64,000 nt of DNA from Dicyema japonicum (lineage: Eukaryota; Animalia; Dicyemida), in contig RDEW01000003.1 in NCBI GenBank assembly GCA_011109175.1, positions 2,057,761 through 2,121,760 of the forward strand, read 5' to 3'. The notes beneath the pieces are model-generated. The model searched no databases. It was not told the DNA's origin and saw nothing but the letters and a program-made list of their open reading frames with translations. This document shows positions 61,963-64,000 of this stretch, one piece after another. The position numbers and the translations under genes are program-made. Every line of letters begins with the position of its first letter. The first letter of the stretch is position 1.

Positions 61963-63644
61963 CTATAAATAGTATCCAATTAGCAGATAAAAAAGGAGAA
62001 TAACAGCAAGGCTCGCAATGCCTACAATGACCACATTACTTGATGAGGAAACAGCCATAATTGGCATCTTATAATATTTAATCTCCTTCAGAACATCAGA
62101 TATAGTACACTTCCCATCACAATCGGGGATTATGGAGAATGAGTCAACAGATTTGATAGATTCATACATCTCAGGAACATCGAGGACCGTTCCCTCCCAA
62201 CTGCCTGCAATTTCCGTTTTGGGGGTCAATAACTGGTCGGTAGATTGTTCCTCCACCTCACTGTTTACGGAGATGATTGGTATGGGGAATATCTGTAGTA
62301 CAGGCAACCTCACAACCTAGTCACATGGGTTTGATTGTAGAGTCTACGAGAAGTGGAATAGTCCTGACGAACGTCCAGGTAGCAACGACCAGAGAACATA
62401 TATCTTGATTGACGAAAACTCCCCCCGGAGGTTAGCTGGACTTTCTGGGATTTGGAAGACCTGAGAATAATACATGGGCTAACTGGAAGAAGATCTTTTG
62501 GTCGTTTGCTGCTCGCCATGCGTATTTGCAGGTAGATCTGGTCTCGAATTTGAACAGGATCGAATGAATTGTGTCATTTTTCTACTAAATCACCAAAATA
62601 CCTTTTTTCGACCGAAAAATCCGGATTTCTGAAATTCACTAACAAATCGATACCTTGGTCTTTTGCTGGTAAGATTGAACCTGCAATCATAAATTATAGT
62701 AACCGAACTGACGTCCCAACCACTCAGTTTCACTTTGAGGACGTTGTTGTCGAACGTTATCTTGAGGATATCATCCCTGTCTAAGTAGTTGACCATGAGC
62801 TCACCATGGACTAACAAAGTCGACCGAGTTGTTCACTAGGCACATCATACCCCGGTGGGAAAAATGAAGCATGACAGCGTTCTCGGAGACATTCTTTGCC
62901 TCGTGGGGATCCATTCCATAGCTAGGCTGGAGTGCTGCAAGCTTGTTGAACTTGGTCTCAGCCACTGACTTGTCCATCCCTCTGAAATATGTCACATATA
63001 AAACCTCAATGACCTATATTGATCGATTACTCTGGAATCCAGGTTTGATCGAGCGTTCACGTTTGGAAGAATGAAGAATTTCTCGTAAAGGACTGTTTCC
63101 TGAGGAGAAAAGGTGCCGTAAAAGGCTTACCGATAAAACAGAAACCAACCTTGCAGTGAAAGGGATTTGAGAGAGACAGTGTCATTTTCATTACAAATGA
63201 GTCTTCCACACAGCAAATCTCGTTTGAGTTGTAAAAACAGGTAATACCTGCTTATAAACACAGCAAACCCGGTGATTTGGTCCAAGTCCATGAGAACGTT
63301 AGGAGGGGGATAATATTTGATCCTCAGCAAGAGAACCGTAGAAGATGAGTCTACAAATGCTTACAAAGCTCACGTTTTAGCTGTTTTCCCACGGGTTTGT
63401 GTAACTGAAGCCATCGCTAAAAATAAAACACTATAAAACTCGCTGGTGATTTTTGTCAAAATACCTCAGCCCGAAATACTCCTTTTCGAGAATATTTAGG
63501 CTATCACAAACAATTTGAAACACATGAGAACCCGGCGAGTCACTCTAACACGTGACTGAACACACTAACCGTCACAGTACTCTCAATGGGGTTTACATCC
63601 TCAAATGACATGATTGTCAAAGTCAGCGGGCGACCCGTTACCAT
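61963..63644 (-). CDS. FERM-domain protein with C-terminal TM helix (FRMD3/FRMD5-like)
   Basis: VCDSLNILEKEYFGLRYFD, RWLQLHKPVGKQL, LRIKYYPP, RYYLFLQLKRDLLCGRL, AETKFNKLAALQPSYGMD; C-terminal VIVGIASLAVILLFYLLIGYYL. Confidence 0.8.
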
Positions 63645-63716
63645 TAGAAAATTCAAATAAAGTTTATTCCAAAATTAAAGGATTTGAATAATTTTAAGTT
63701 AAAATATATTAAATGA

Positions 63717-64000
63717 CTAGGACACACAACCCTTCAGATATTGTGGGGATCTGTTACTCCGGACGGTCTCCATGTCAATGCGGACACCACAGAACTTCTC
63801 CGGAGAATCAGGCAACTCAAACATAGGGTCTAGCAAGATCTTCTCCTACAAGGTCACCCTAGAATGCCTACAACGATGGCTCGAAGTCCTCTGGCTCCTG
63901 TTCCCTTCTTTAATGCCTGTTTCGCAATTTCTGATAGAGCATCGTCAGTAAATTCAAGTTTCATCTACACATCAGCCCATCCCAACCTGGTCCATCTTAA
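63717..64000 (-). CDS. CLPX: Mitochondrial ClpX ATPase, 3' end only (runs off the window)
   Basis: [30 protein letters not shown]|[14 protein letters not shown], the ClpX C-terminal TGARGLR motif; TAG at 63719-63717. Confidence 0.88.

Overview
Eukaryotic (animal-like) nuclear DNA from a very compact genome: genes are split by 20-30 nt spliceosomal introns and some co-directional genes are only about 70 bp apart. This would fit a reduced parasitic animal such as a dicyemid; that is inference, not shown. Recognisable host genes: POLR1A/RPA1, a miniature CenH3-like histone, MSH5, DHCR24, PDCD2, PFK, a FERM+TM protein, the CLPX 3' end, a double-PHD+SAM protein, a catalytically dead cholinesterase-like membrane protein and an ADAM-type protease. 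They lie among many mostly decayed mobile elements: a Vingi/Ingi-like LINE with a 2A peptide, at least 8 CRE-like insertions, RTE/Jockey/R4-like LINE remnants, three hAT remnants, a Ginger-like integrase element, Helitron and Tc1 fragments, MITEs and two SINE-like families. The most notable observations are (1) a TIR- and TSD-bounded Buster-type hAT element whose transposase carries five host-style micro-introns, (2) a DVEANPGP 2A ribosome-skipping motif at the start of the LINE ORF, (3) unusual micro-intron rules (stop-free 24-nt introns, GAG/AAG acceptors, one apparent GT-TG intron), and (4) domain-stripped host proteins (ADAM without prodomain or TM, CenH3 without alphaN, PDCD2 without MYND). 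Several single-base homopolymer frameshifts in otherwise intact genes suggest assembly indel errors. All calls come from reading the sequence and recalling family motifs; no database searches were run.
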